From Lingula anatina (taxonomy: Eukaryota > Animalia > Brachiopoda): 64,000 nucleotides of DNA. Of this stretch, positions 1-12,976 are shown one piece after another (the first letter of the stretch is position 1; each line of letters opens with the position of its first letter). The translations under genes and the position numbers were made by a program. The notes beneath the pieces were generated by a model that ran no database searches, was not told the origin of the DNA, and worked only from the letters and a program-made list of their open reading frames with translations. The stretch is from the NCBI GenBank assembly GCA_051362555.1, contig CM120642.1, positions 16,616,001 through 16,680,000 on the forward strand. Direction: 5' to 3'.

Positions 1-625
1 ATCTAAATAGATAATAATATTTCAGTTCTGATTCACGATGTTTTGATTCACGGCAATAGGCGTTATGCCTTTGTACAGGGCGTCGGTTTAGGCGTGGAAA
101 GTACGCCGCACGATTTGGTTACGCCACTAACGGGGTGTAAATAAGTCGACGGATCTATTTTTCTGGGCTTCTCTTTCATTAATTCACAAAAATAAGATAT
201 GAAGAAATGGCGAAGAGTTTGAGTGTGCCCTAAAGTGTAACATGGAATTCGGTCAAATTTTGTAGTAATGCCATACACAGTCTCAGACTGATGAATGGAG
301 GGTGTGGCCAACATAGGTACTGGGCAATAATACCGTCAGTCTCCACGCAAAACGCAATGTACTTTTGTTTCATTCATTTACAATGTTGACACCAAGAAAC
401 GCACGTTTGACTTCAGTGACGAAACTTAATCTTGAATTCAATTTGTAATAAAGAAGCAGCGTATATAAAGCGCGCTCACACAATGGCCAGGACAAATAGA
501 ACAAAATGATACAATGAAAACGTGTTTAATGAGAAAGAAAACGTGTTGTATTCACACGTTAAACTGCATGCTTTTATAGTACACAATTATCAGGCAAATC
601 AACGATTACACCAACCACATCATAA

Positions 626-745
626 TTGATGAGAGTCAAAAACGTCAGTTTTGTGATTTCAGTCCGAAATATAAGTGGAAAATATTTGATGAGAGTCAAA
701 AACGTCAGTTTTGTGATTTCAGTCCGAAATATAAGTGGAAAATAT
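626..745. repeat. 60-bp tandem repeat x2 (also at ~4170-4289)
   Basis: TTGATGAGAGTCAAAAACGTCAGTTTTGTGATTTCAGTCCGAAATATAAGTGGAAAATAT repeated with period 60. Confidence 0.95.
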
Positions 746-1663
746 AATTTCTAAAAAGTGACGATTTGAAATGAAATCAACAGACGATAGATTCATTTAA
801 GACATTTACAATGGCTACGTGTGTCCGTCACATTTATCTCATATGAAATTTTCTCAAACTTTGTAGTAATGTCATACACAGTCTCAGACTGATGAATGAA
901 AGGAGTGATCTACATGGCTACTGGGTAAAGATACCGTCAGCCTCCATGCGTTTATAATGTTTTTAAGATTTTTATTTATTTAAGGCGTTGATACCAACAA
1001 AGTAATTTTTGACTTCAAAGAAGAAACTTAATCCTGAATTCAATTTGGAATAAAGAGGCAGTGCAGTTCTGTGGAAATAAAAGCGCGAGCGGACAACAGC
1101 CGGACCAAATACCAAATCATGCAAATAAAACATTTGCTTTATGTGTAAAATAAACACTTTCTATTTACAGGTTAAACTGTATGTTTTTATAGTACACCAA
1201 TATCAGGCATAGGAATAACAAAACAAACCACGTAATAGATCTAAAGTCGACCCCGACAACGAGCACACAATGCCAAAGCTAAATACCAAATAATACAAAT
1301 AAAAACAACTGATTAATTTGTAAAGAAACACATTTTATTTAAACCTAAAACTATATGTTTTGTACTTTTATAGTATACCAATAACAGGCAAAGAAACTAT
1401 TTCACCAACCACGTCATAAATATTGCCGACCCCACTTCAAAAGCGATGCCGCTTATTCCCGATGGTCTCCCCGCCTCCAACCCATAGCAAAACCGTTGAG
1501 AAGGCAAAAATTCAATGATCAATTTTCGAGTTTTATATTTTAAATTTGCCCATTAGCCCATATTTGTCGGCTTCCACCTCCATTTACGGCCTGCAAAACG
1601 CGATTTTCTTTAGTCAAGTGTCGCAATCTACTTATGAATGAAATATTACTAATATTACTATTA

Positions 1664-1980
1664 GACCCCATTCCGAGACATCAGAGCCGCTTAATCTGAA
1701 TGTAATTTAGCGAGAAACCCCTGGTCGATCCCGCTAGATCTTTCTAGGTGTGGGAATGGGGTCTTAGACCCCATTCCCAGTGATTAGATCGATCCAACTA
1801 GATCGACCTAACTCCCAGGGGGTTCACGCTAAATAGCTGTCAGCCGGTCGGGCATGAAAGTTAATTACCCTCTTACAGCTTGTGGTAGGCGGGACGGACA
1901 TTTAAGTCGGATTATCTGACATTAATCTAGTGAGACTCCCCACGGAGATAGATCGATCTAAAATCTATGGGAATGCGCCC
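1664..1980. mobile_element. Two head-to-tail Tourist/PIF-Harbinger-like MITEs (1664-1763, 1767-1980)
   Basis: TTA-GACCCCATTCC...GGAATGGGGTC-TTA-GACCCCATTCCC...GGGAATGCGCCC-TTA; TTA target duplications typical of PIF/Harbinger MITEs. Confidence 0.8.
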
Positions 1981-2307
1981 TTAGGCACCAAAATGGAGAC
2001 ACGGGAATCGTCTGGCGAGCGCGGTGCTACCCGGAGAGTGACAAGACATTGGAAAAGAAGCACTTAGGCAGTCTTTGTTTTGACAGTGAAGGGGCGTTGG
2101 AAACCGCTCAATAAAGGTTAAACCACGGACGCTAAAGCAATGCTGGCATCGCCGTTTGCTAAGAAAAATCGAAAAAATGGACTTGTGCCTTTTTTTGGAA
2201 AATTCTAGTTACGTGTATCCATTCTCGCATTCATGTCAAATGCGTACAAAACAAAAAAAGCCAAAATTTGGTCTAACCCACATTGACTGCTTTAAATGCT
2301 GACAGAT

Positions 2308-2354
<47 letters not shown>

Positions 2355-3553
2355 CGACAAATTCGACAAATAGATTCGTCCGTAATATTTCAAGTTTCCT
2401 TTCTAAATATTACCTACCTGTATGTTTTTCAAGTCCGCGCGAGAAAAAATGCTTCACAAAAAATAAAATAAAATAAGATTTAAAAAGTTTTACAAACTTT
2501 TAAACAAAATTAGAGGCGGACACAAACTACCATATTACACTTAAGATTTTAATTATACGCACATCTTTTTGACTTCCACTCAGCATTTTTGGTATCCGTC
2601 GTTTTTTTTTTCGGTTTTTTTCCTTCGTGTGTCTGCTACTTGGTGGCTGTCTGTATTCTGTATACAGAGTTCACTTCAATACCAGGTAACGCCATTGCTA
2701 AGTGAGTCACTCGTCGTTACGGATTAAAAGCAAGAAACAAAGGCTACTCGAAATAGGGTTAATTGTGACGAGAAAGAGCTCTGTGGACAAAATTAATGGT
2801 TTGGAATTCAAAAATTGTAAATAAATTAAAGTAAACTGATTCCAATTGTATAAAAGTTGAAAAGTTACTAAGTGCAAGTAGCTTAATTTTGTTAAGTGTC
2901 AACTAGTACGAAATTTGCTCTTTATTATCCAAGAATAGAAATTGTCAATGAAATCAAAGGTTTTTAATGATTGTTTTCTTCTACATTCAAGAAGTAATTT
3001 TCCATGATATTTGATAACTACGGTTAGCTCGACTTAACAAAAAAGACTCAACAAACTTGTTTAGGATATTTGGTTTTAGAAAACTCGAAAATATGCTTCA
3101 AGAGATTCTATAATAAGAGAATGGTGAACAACAAGACAATTTTTGCAGTTCGCGTGATCAGTATAAAAATTTTAGAGGATAAGTTCCCCTGTATATGTAC
3201 AAAAAAGAAAGATATGGTTAATAAACGTTTGAAACTGTAATTCGCCGTCGTCACAACAGCAGTGCTTCAGGCGCGCGTGCGTTGTGACCGACACTGTTCG
3301 TCTTAATCGGACCATAGTGAGAAAAATTGAATTGTAGCCGAAATCCATCATTATGGGTTTTAGTCGACATTTAGACCAATCGTAATATAAGGCCTCTTTA
3401 AGTTGTCAATTTCGGATAGAATCAACTACAGTGAAGTTGAATTTAGAATAAATGAAGACAACTTGGTCACGCAATCCTGCGTCTCCCGTCTTTGTTTGTC
3501 CCCCCAAAAACATTTTCCTCCGTGTTTTATAATCACCATATTCCGTCAAGAAA

Positions 3554-5854
3554 ATCTAAAAGGATAATAATATTTAAATTTTGATTCACGGTGTTAACTC
3601 AATAGGCGTTTTGCCTTTGTACTCGGTTTAGACGTGGAAAGTACGCCGCACGACTTAGTTACGCCACTAACGGGGTGTAAATAAGTCGACGGATCTATTT
3701 TTCTCGGCTTCTCTTTCTTAATTTTTCTCTTAATTCACAAAAATAAGATATGAAGAAATGGCGAAGAGTTTGAATGTGCCCTAAAGTGAAATTCGCTCTA
3801 ATTTTGTAGTAATGCCATACGCAGTCTCAGACTGATGAATGGAGAGTGTGGTCAACATAGGTACTGGGCAATAATACCGTCAGTCTCCACGCAAAACGCA
3901 ATGTACTTTTGTTTCATTCATTTACAATGTTGACACCAAGAAACGCACGTTTGACTTCAGTGACGAAACTTAATCTTGAATTCAATTTGTAATAAAGAAG
4001 CAGCGTATATAAAGCGCGCTCACACAATGGCCAGGACAAATAGAACAAAATGATACAATGAAAACGTGTTTAATGCGAAAGAAAACATGTTGTATCCACA
4101 CGTTAAACTGCATGCTTTTATAGTACACAATTATCAGGCAAATCAACGATTACACCAACCACATCATAATTGATGAGAGTCAAAAACGTCAGTTTTGTGA
4201 TTTCAGTCCGAAATATAAGTGGAAAATATTTGATGAGAGTCAAAAACGTCAGTTTTGTGATTTCAGTCCGAAATATAAGTGGAAAATATAATTTCTAAAA
4301 AGTGACGATTTGAAATGAAATCAACAGACGATAGATTCATTTAAGACATTTACAATGGCTACGTGTGTCCGTCACATTTATCTCATATGAAATTTTCTCA
4401 AACTTTGTAGTAATGTCATACACAGTCTCAGACTGATGAATGAAAGGAGTGATCTACATGGCTACTGGGTAAAGATACCGTCAGCCTCCATGCGTTTATA
4501 ATGTTTTTAAGATTTTTATTTATTTAAGGCGTTGATACCAACAAAGTAATTTTTGACTTCAAAGAAGAAACTTAATCCTGAATTCAATTTGGAGTAAAGA
4601 GGCAGTGCAGTTCTGTGGAAATAAAAGCGCGAGCGGACAACAGCCGGACCAAATACCAAATCATGCAAATAAAACATTTGCTTTATGTGTAAAATAAACA
4701 CTTTCTATTTACAGGTTAAACTGTATGTTTTTATAGTACACCAATATCAGGCATAGGAATAACAAAACAAACCACGTAATAGATCTAAAGTCGACCCCGA
4801 CAACGAGCACACAATGCCAAAGCTAAATACCAAATAATACAAATAAAAACAACTGATTAATTTGTAAAGAAACACATTTTATTTAAACCTAAAACTATAT
4901 GTTTTGTACTTTTATAGTATACCAATAACAGGCAAAGAAACTATTTCACCAACCACGTCATAAATATTGCCGACCCCACTTCAAAAGCGATGCCGCTTAT
5001 TCCCGATGGTCTCCCCGCCTCCAACCCATAGCAAAACCGTTGAGAAGGCAAAAATTCAATGATCAATTTTCGAGTTTTATATTTTAAATTTGCCCATAAG
5101 CCCATATTTGTCGGCTTCCACCTCCATTTACGGCCTGCAAAACGCGATTTTTTTTAGTCAAGTGTCGCAATCTACTTATGAATGAAATATTACTAATATT
5201 ACTATTAGACCCCATTCCGAGACATCAGAGCCGCTTAATCTGAATGTAATTTAGCGAGAAACCCCTGGTCGATCCCGCTAGATCTTTCTAGGTGTGGGAA
5301 TGGGGTCTTAGACCCCATTCCCAGTGATTAGATCGATCCAACTAGATCGACCTAACTCCCAGGGGGTTCACGCTAAATAGCTGTCAGCCGGTCGGGCATG
5401 AAAGTTAATTACCCTCTTACAGCTTGTGGTAGGCGGGACGGACATTTAAGTCGGATTATCTGACATTAATCTAGTGAGACTCCCCACGGAGATAGATCGA
5501 TCTAAAATCTATGGGAATGCGCCCTTAGGCACCAAAATGGAGACACGGGAATCGTCTGGCGAGCGCGGTGCTACCCGGAGAGTGACAAGAGATTGGAAAA
5601 GAAGCACTTATAGGCAGTCTTTGTTTTGACAGTGAAGGGGCGTTGGAAACCGCTCAATAAAGGTTAAACCACGGACGCTAAAGCAATGCTGGCATCGCCG
5701 TTTGCTAAGAAAAATCGAAAAAATGGACTTGTGCCTTTTTTTGGAAAATTCTAGTTAGGTGTATCCATTCTCGCATTCATGTCAAATGCGTACAAAACAA
5801 AAAAAAGCCAAAATTTGGTCTAACCCACATTGACTGCTTTAAATGCTGACAGAT

Positions 5855-5909
<55 letters not shown>
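3554..5909. repeat. Segmental/tandem duplication, copy 2
   Basis: Begins ATCTAAA at 3554 matching position 1; near-identical to copy 1 apart from a more diverged first ~300 bp; ends in poly-T 5856-5909. Confidence 0.95.
5208..5524. mobile_element. Duplicated copy of the tandem Harbinger-like MITE pair (5208-5307, 5311-5524)
   Basis: Same TIR/TTA structure as 1664-1980, carried in the 3.54 kb duplication. Confidence 0.8.
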
Positions 5910-5912
<3 letters not shown>

Positions 5913-7884
5913 TGCTATTCTTCACCATGTACCTGAGGGCGAAGAAAATTGTGAATAAAATATCTGAAAAATAGGCCTACGGTGAAGTTGTATGCAATTT
6001 ACCGTAGGTTTAGTTCTCTGGATTCATATTTAACATTTTCTTTTTAATCGTTGGTGTCTGAATGGCATTTTGTTTTGAAAATGTTGCAATGGTTGTCCAT
6101 CATCGTATATGGTCATTACATTTGATTAAATTGCTTTAAAAGAGCAGGGAATCGATATAATTCCCTGACAAGAGTAATGCAGTCTTCCACAATTGCAGTA
6201 GGTGAGCAAAAAAGGAACCAAATGTTTGGGCAACCGCAGAAAGACCTACTTCTGGTATACCGCACCTTGCATTTTTGCTGGCTCATAAAAAAAGTATAAC
6301 TTATAATAATAATGATTATTTGCAACCGAAAGTTGGATGCTACATTTATCATATTTTAAAAAATGGTAATTGTATGAAAGACATATTGGATATTAATATA
6401 TAATTTATATATTATTATATTCTGAAATACATTTCCAAGAACTGCAGATTTTAGTTTATCACTAAGAACGTTGGTAAGGCTAGGGTGCCAAACCTAACAT
6501 GCATCCTCCAGTGTTGGTCTTATTATTGCCATGTAAATTCTCAGTAACTCATTCACTGGTATGACAGCTCGTTTGAGGAGAGTAATTGAGTGTATCCGAT
6601 GACTAGCTTTAGTGTAGATCAGGAAAACATGTTAATCCCAAGTTAATTCGTGCCTAATTGTAAGGCCTAAAAAGACTGCAGATTTTATCCTTTCAGTTTC
6701 TTTGTCAGGTATATATATTAGAGAAAGATGATGGCCTGGCTTTGAGAAGATAAAGACAATTTTCTTGGTTTTCTTGGAATTTAACGTCATTTTCTTGTTG
6801 GTTGACCATTGACTGCTTCATTTGTTGTCATTTGTAAGGTGTCAGGGGATCACCGGAGCTGAGGAGGGTTGTATCACCCAGTTGCATGAAGGTCATTTCT
6901 CATTGTCAAGAATAAAATAGGTGCAAGGCTTATTTATTAACTAATAATTGATCGCAATTTCACACAGAAAGAAAACCATAAGTTGGCATAAAAACAATGC
7001 GGTCGAATGAACTTTTTCTATTCTATTTTAAGGGGATTCCCTCTGAAAGTAGTAGTATATGTACTCGAAGCATACAACAGTGCATCAGGACATGCTGCCC
7101 CAAAGGAATCCATTAACTCTTATATTCTAAAAAATGCTTCGTGTTGCAAAATGTTCATATTTAGCGAAGTTGAATTTCGCAAAAATTTTAATTGTATGTA
7201 ATGAAAACATTTGAACGACATAAAGACGATATAAAGTTTTTATTTTGGTTTCCTCATTTGATTTCTGTAAAGCTAGACAACATTTCAGAAAGTACGAATC
7301 GTCTTTTTCTGTTAAGTTTATGGAACCATTGGCCTTTATGCTTTGTTTCTAGGATATTCACTGATAATAAATATAAAACATACTATGAAGATAATAATTT
7401 TGTTTGGTCTATATATCACCTTAGATTGAAATTATTTAAGGAAATCTGTATTAGTCGTCTCCAACAAAGTCGACACCGCTGCACAGGCGTTTTCATCCTG
7501 ATCTATCGTATCGACGATAAAAGCATAGATATGGCCGTGGAAGCCTGCAGAAATGGGGATATAGGGAAGGTTAAACAAAGAGTATTACATTTACAAAACT
7601 AATGCAACACACAGGTTAATTGATATTTGTTTTGTACAATTCCAAATGGCATTTCACAATTTTCAATTAAATAAAAGGGAATGCTATCGAACTGTTTATC
7701 TGAAAGCCGCACATATCAGACCCCAGACACGATACAGAATTATTTCTGGTAATAAAAAATTCGAAAGTTGATATTGACGTTGTTTTGCACACGTAACACA
7801 ATTTGACATTTGTTTTTGATCATTTGATATGAGAAACTCTGTTTGTGTAACTTAAAAACGCCAGATTCGCAACCTATTTATGAT

Positions 7885-8874
7885 AATGTCACGGAGAGGT
7901 TTCACCATTTTCTTTGTTTTGGAATGTTTTGTGCATCCTGCAGTTGTGATATCATCACAAACTAAAGATAATCACGTGTGTCAGGTGTTTGGAAACGAAG
8001 TCCTATGTCAGGTAGGACCGTAGGCAACTCAAAAATATTTTTAAAAGATAAATAATGTCCCTTATGATAACGATGTCGAATATTTAAGAAATTAGTGAAG
8101 TGAGATTAGTTAGTGGTTGACAGTAATTTTAAATGCACGTCTCTTCCTAACATCTCACCACCTGCTAATTCTCTTGACACAGTTTTGAAGCACACGCAAC
8201 CCGGGCATCAGAATCTGAAATAGTGGCAAGATATGATATATGATATATCAAATTAATATTTAAAGACGAATCATTTGCAATCTCAAAGTAGTACATCAAA
8301 CACATAGTCGTTATTTATGTCGTTTCATCTCTATTTATTTATACATTTCTTTCTTAAAACCACTGGGAATTGGAACAAAAATGTACACAGGGGAGATAGG
8401 GGCCTATGTGAAAACCAAACAACGTTCACATTTCTAGAAAAATAAACTAGAAATGTCACGGAGAAGTTTCCCCATTTTCTTGGTTTTGGAATGTTTTGTG
8501 CATCCCGCAGTTGTGAAATCATCACAAACTAAAGATAATCACGTGTGTCAGGTGTTTGGAAACTAAGTCCTATGTCAGGTAGGACCGTAGGCAACTCAAA
8601 AATATTTTTAAAAGATAAATAATGTCCCTTATGATAACGGTGTCGAATATTTAAGAAATTAATGAAGTGAGATTAGTTAGTGGATGACGATAATTGTAAA
8701 TGCGCGTCTCTTCCTAATATCTCACTGCCTGCCAATTGTCTTGACACAGTTTTGAAAGACAAGCAACCCGGGCATCAGAATCTGAAATAGTGGCAAGATA
8801 TGATATATGATATATCAAATTAATATTTAAAGGCAAATCATTTGCAAGCTCAAAGTAGTACATCAAACACATAC
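7885..8874. repeat. ~420-bp direct repeat x2 (7885-8306, 8452-8874) plus a degenerate third fragment at ~8896-8958
   Basis: AATGTCACGGAGA...CATCAAACACATA recurs at offset ~567 with high identity. Confidence 0.9.
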
Positions 8875-10384
8875 TGAGTAGTTTTTTTTTTTTTTTTGAC
8901 ACAGTTTTCAAGCTCGAGCAACTCGGATTTCAGAACTTAAAATGGTGGCAGGATATAATTAGGACTTTTTAATCCCCCCAGAATTTTAGAGACTTTTGGC
9001 GAGAGTCAGAAAAGAAGGTAATATAGTAAGTAAGAACATAATACCGTTAACCCCAGGAAAAATTTGTCAAGTAGGAGTTTTTTTCCGGGAAAATCTTACT
9101 TTATGCAGCTTTAAGTTTTTTGTAAAAGGTGGTTAGGGTTGTTATGACAATCCTTACCGATGTGCAACGTACGTTTATACACGACACTATCGCGGTTGGT
9201 GACATGCACGACATGCAACACAACAACTCAGATTGCACAACGTTCTTTATCATTTTGATGTTGTCTCTATTTGATGTCTTTCCTTTTTCGTTTCATCTTT
9301 ATCTATTTTCAATTTCATCTTATTTTATTATATGTGATTTCATTTCATTTCATTTTTATTTTATTTTTTTTTAAATTTCTATTCAAAATTTTTTTGCCCA
9401 TTTGCTTAACATTTGTTTACTTCTGACTTATTAAGAAAGAAAAATCCGGTTAAAAACATCACGTAGGAAAAAATGTATCGCTTTAAATAAAAGCGTCATT
9501 TTATCTTTATTTGTCTTTCAGCTTGAGCCAGTAAATGAGCTACATGTATCTTGTCACTTCGGGTCCCTGTGAGAGATGAAAAGCACGTTAATGAACACGA
9601 GAGATATCTTTGTGCTACGACATTAAATTTTTAGAGATTCCCAAATGCCAGTCGTGTCGGGACTCGCATGTAAAACGTCTGCGCGATTATTTCCTGTGCC
9701 AGGCCATGAACAATGAAAAACCATCGGATTCATTCTTCAAGAGCTATACATATTACGTATCCAGATGCGTCAGTTCATTTTACACTAATGCACTAGTTAG
9801 GTATGAGAGATGTTTTCAAAGTGCGGGCCACCATATACTTAAGGCACTAAGATAACAGAATATTAATACGTACTGAGAGAGTTGTGATGCGGGAATATCA
9901 TAGTTCACAACCAACATAATCGATTAGCGGCAACGTAAGTGGCACAATATTTTATAGGCTTCGCTATTCCATCGTAATTATTAGGAACTCGTAGAAGCGG
10001 AGGCATAGGCTTTCTTGCAGTAGCTAGAGACTTTAATGGAAAGCGTATTTGTAGAACGATCATCAGGAAAAATAGACAACTTGATTTGGTTTATGACTGC
10101 TTTTCCTACGGATTGCATACGATGCTATTTTGTATATACGTGTACATTTGGATCTGCTGACTATATGAAAAGTGGCTATGCGCTTGTCTTGGTAGTATGC
10201 CTTACGTCCAGCCGAACTGTATATTCAGTCCCTATGTCTTGGGCTAAGAGGGAAACCACTTAATCCAATATAAGAGGTAGGCTATCAGGAGAATACACCA
10301 CATGTGAAGGAAGTTACATAACTTACAGTTCATTACTTCAAGAGAAGACTACGAGAGAGAAACGCTGAGAATAATTGTTAAGAA

Positions 10385-11365
10385 ATGAACAACTCGAGCA
10401 CGCATTGCTGGGCAACTCTGGAGCACTGTTACTGCGACAGTGTTTACTCCCTCACGGTGCTGTCAACCCTGGGGAACGTGTTCACAACAGTCGTCATAGC
10501 AACTAGTAAAAAACTCCGGCATCGCTCCACATTCATATTCATTTTATTCTTGGCGCTAGCGGACATGAGCGCAATGTTACAGATGACATCCTTCTGTGCC
10601 TTGTATACACCTTTTTTTCGAGAAAACAAAAACACGGTCAGCAAATGCGTATTTAAAAACCTACAAAACTGGATGAATGCTGGCACCGTGTCACTTTCAT
10701 ACGCCCTTATTCTTTTAGTCACCATTGAACGATTTGCAGTTGTGTATTTTCCTTTTCATGGTCAAAGGATCTTCATTCGACGAAACGCCGTGATTCTGAG
10801 CGCAGTAGCCATCATCGTTTCATTTTTAAGCACCATTTACTTGTTTTGGATGTTCAAACCGGAAGGGGGCAAATGCAGAGAAGTCTCTTCTGTTTATACG
10901 GTGGCGGACAAGTCGCAAGTGATTGCTGCCTTGATCACGTGGGTGGTCTTACTAATGCTTTGCATTGCCATAATTTACAAGCTCCGACGAGTTTCTAAGG
11001 GACACCAAAAATTGTCAACGTGTAATTTAAGTGGTAGGTACAGGAACACTCATATACTGCTACTGAGCAACGTTATAGCGTTTCTTTTGCTTGTAGGACC
11101 AGTTCGAATAGTGGATTTTCTGAACGGTGTAACAGCCCAAAATACATACACCATTCCGCTGTACTTGCGCGAGATATTGTGGCTCTTGAGTAAACTTAAC
11201 CATTGCGTCAACGTTGTTCTTTACGCTGTAAGCTGCAGGGATTTCAGGAATGCTATTGTCAGAATGAAGAGACGTTGTCTCCGAAAATTGGTGACACATG
11301 ATGATATCCAAAGTGAATCGCGGGTGGAGAACCAAGCACTACAACAATTTCACAATGTTAATTGA
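10385..11365 (+). CDS. Class A (rhodopsin-like) GPCR, 326 aa, intronless; FMRFamide-receptor-like/lineage-expanded peptide- or chemoreceptor type
   Basis: Seven hydrophobic segments; TM1 GN (LGNVF), TM2 LALAD, TM3 ERF...V.FP, ECL2 Cys, TM6 FLLLVGP, TM7 NHCVNVVLY, helix-8 FR; N-terminal N-glycosylation sequons. Confidence 0.93.
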   Translation: MNNSSTHCWATLEHCYCDSVYSLTVLSTLGNVFTTVVIATSKKLRHRSTFIFILFLALADMSAMLQMTSFCALYTPFFRENKNTVSKCVFKNLQNWMNAGTVSLSYALILLVTIERFAVVYFPFHGQRIFIRRNAVILSAVAIIVSFLSTIYLFWMFKPEGGKCREVSSVYTVADKSQVIAALITWVVLLMLCIAIIYKLRRVSKGHQKLSTCNLSGRYRNTHILLLSNVIAFLLLVGPVRIVDFLNGVTAQNTYTIPLYLREILWLLSKLNHCVNVVLYAVSCRDFRNAIVRMKRRCLRKLVTHDDIQSESRVENQALQQFHNVN

Positions 11366-11624
11366 ATCATTATACAACTGAGGGCCTTCTATCGTAGCGG
11401 TGTTTGTGATAGTGCTAAGAAATCTGTCGAATAGACATATTGTGCTTAGATTCCCATTGAGACATATATACACCACGAGTCAAGCATTTTGAAAGCCGGC
11501 AATGTTCGCTGCGGTGACTTGATGCCAATTCCTCTCAAATTTACTCACCGTTTTTTACACACATAATGGTACTATTTAATGGGCCAACTTAACGCTTGAA
11601 GTGGTGCTGAAACTAACGGACCTC

Positions 11625-11660
<36 letters not shown>

Positions 11661-12266
11661 AAGCCAACGAAATATTCCAGTAGTATGCCCACAATAAATT
11701 TAAGGATAAAATATCTCTCGGTCATTGGCAAGGGGAATTGTTCTTATGTCCCCGATAAATAAACTGTCCAGGAACACATTTACCGACCCCAAGGACTTTC
11801 AAAAAAAAAAAAAAAAAAAAAGACAGTATACAGTGGTAGTCATATTGGACTTTATTCAAACAATTACCAAGGGTTCCGTTTGGACATATATGTAACTATT
11901 GTATTCTTTGTGCGAAGTCGAACGTAATAATTTTAGTGACATCTCATGATTCAACAATGTAAGTTTTTGGTTATTATTGGCAATAGTGAGGGCATTCATA
12001 GGCGTGACGTTTGTATCAGCTGTCTCCTGTAGATGTCAAATGTTCAACAGCGTAGCCCAGACCCCCCTCACCCCCCCCCCTCTTCTATTCCTATAATGTC
12101 TTGCCTGTTTGTCCCTTAGCACTACATTGTGAACATACATTTTTGATGGTCTGAAGGCTGGTTGTGTATACCTAGAGAGCAATAAAAAACTTAATAAAAC
12201 ATCACCCGGTATGACATTTTAATTTCAGATTAGATAAACAAATCCAAGGTTGGAAAGTACTACATA

Positions 12267-12450
12267 GAGCTCATTCAGACAGTGGACTAACAGATCCGCA
12301 GATCAAATATGGTGACCAACTAAAAAGCTTGTCGCTTAATTTAAGATTAGACACTGAATAGACTTCCAGCGGGGATTACGCAACGAGCATTCAAGTGGGT
12401 CAGCCATATTTGATCCGTGGATCTGTTAGTCCCCTGCTCTGAATGGGACC
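12267..12450. mobile_element. Harbinger-like palindromic MITE (family shared with 51839-52013)
   Basis: ~55-bp imperfect TIRs (..CATTCAGA..GGACTAACAGATCC..ATCAAATATGG), ATA on both flanks. Confidence 0.75.
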
Positions 12451-12880
12451 ATAGAACCCGGTCGAGCTTTGAGATTCACATTATAATAACAATCTTAGTT
12501 ATTGTCTGTTGATTTCATTTAGACTCTTTGCAATTTAAGTGAAATCAGTTGTGGCCTCATCTTTATCTTTCAATCTGCCATTATTATAACTGTTTTATTT
12601 TAGCGTCTCACAAGTAACCTAACGGGCCAGAGTCCCTCATTGTTTAAAGATACATCTTAAGCCAGTGATTGTGACAAATCCAATCATGTAGTTATGAAAA
12701 ACACAGCTAGGGTTTCATTTCATTATTTCTTGTAGAATGATATTTGAGCAGATATTTTTGGCTTACCATCTGTGCTCTACAGACTTAAAGGAAATAAGGC
12801 CAAATTTACGACCGGAAATCTGAAAAAATAAAAAGCCTTTCTCGGCTGACCAATCCTTATTTTTTCTTTTTTTCTTTTTA

Positions 12881-12883
<3 letters not shown>

Positions 12884-12939
<56 letters not shown>

Positions 12940-12976
12940 AAAAAGAATATTTATATATATATATATATATATATAT
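12884..12976. repeat. Interrupted (TA)n microsatellite
   Basis: Two TA runs separated by GAAAAAAAAGAATATT. Confidence 0.95.

Larger units (their letters stand above)
1..2354. repeat. Segmental/tandem duplication, copy 1 (left end outside window); matches 3554-5909
   Basis: Offset ~3544 (identical 61-aa ORFs at 972-1157 and 4516-4701); only about ten differences seen over ~300-2350; both copies end in a long poly-T tract after CTGACAGATG. Confidence 0.95.

Noticed and set aside
2283-2471. Poly-Phe and IY-repeat ORFs (also 12763, 53649, 53725, 63420)
   Set aside because: Translations of homopolymer/microsatellite tracts
1-5909. snRNA/5S/SL RNA gene array
   Set aside because: No U1, U2, 5S or tRNA hallmark sequence recognised by eye; an Rfam scan would be needed to exclude fully
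10444-11335. Two minus-strand ORFs (93, 91 aa)
   Set aside because: Antisense shadows of the GPCR
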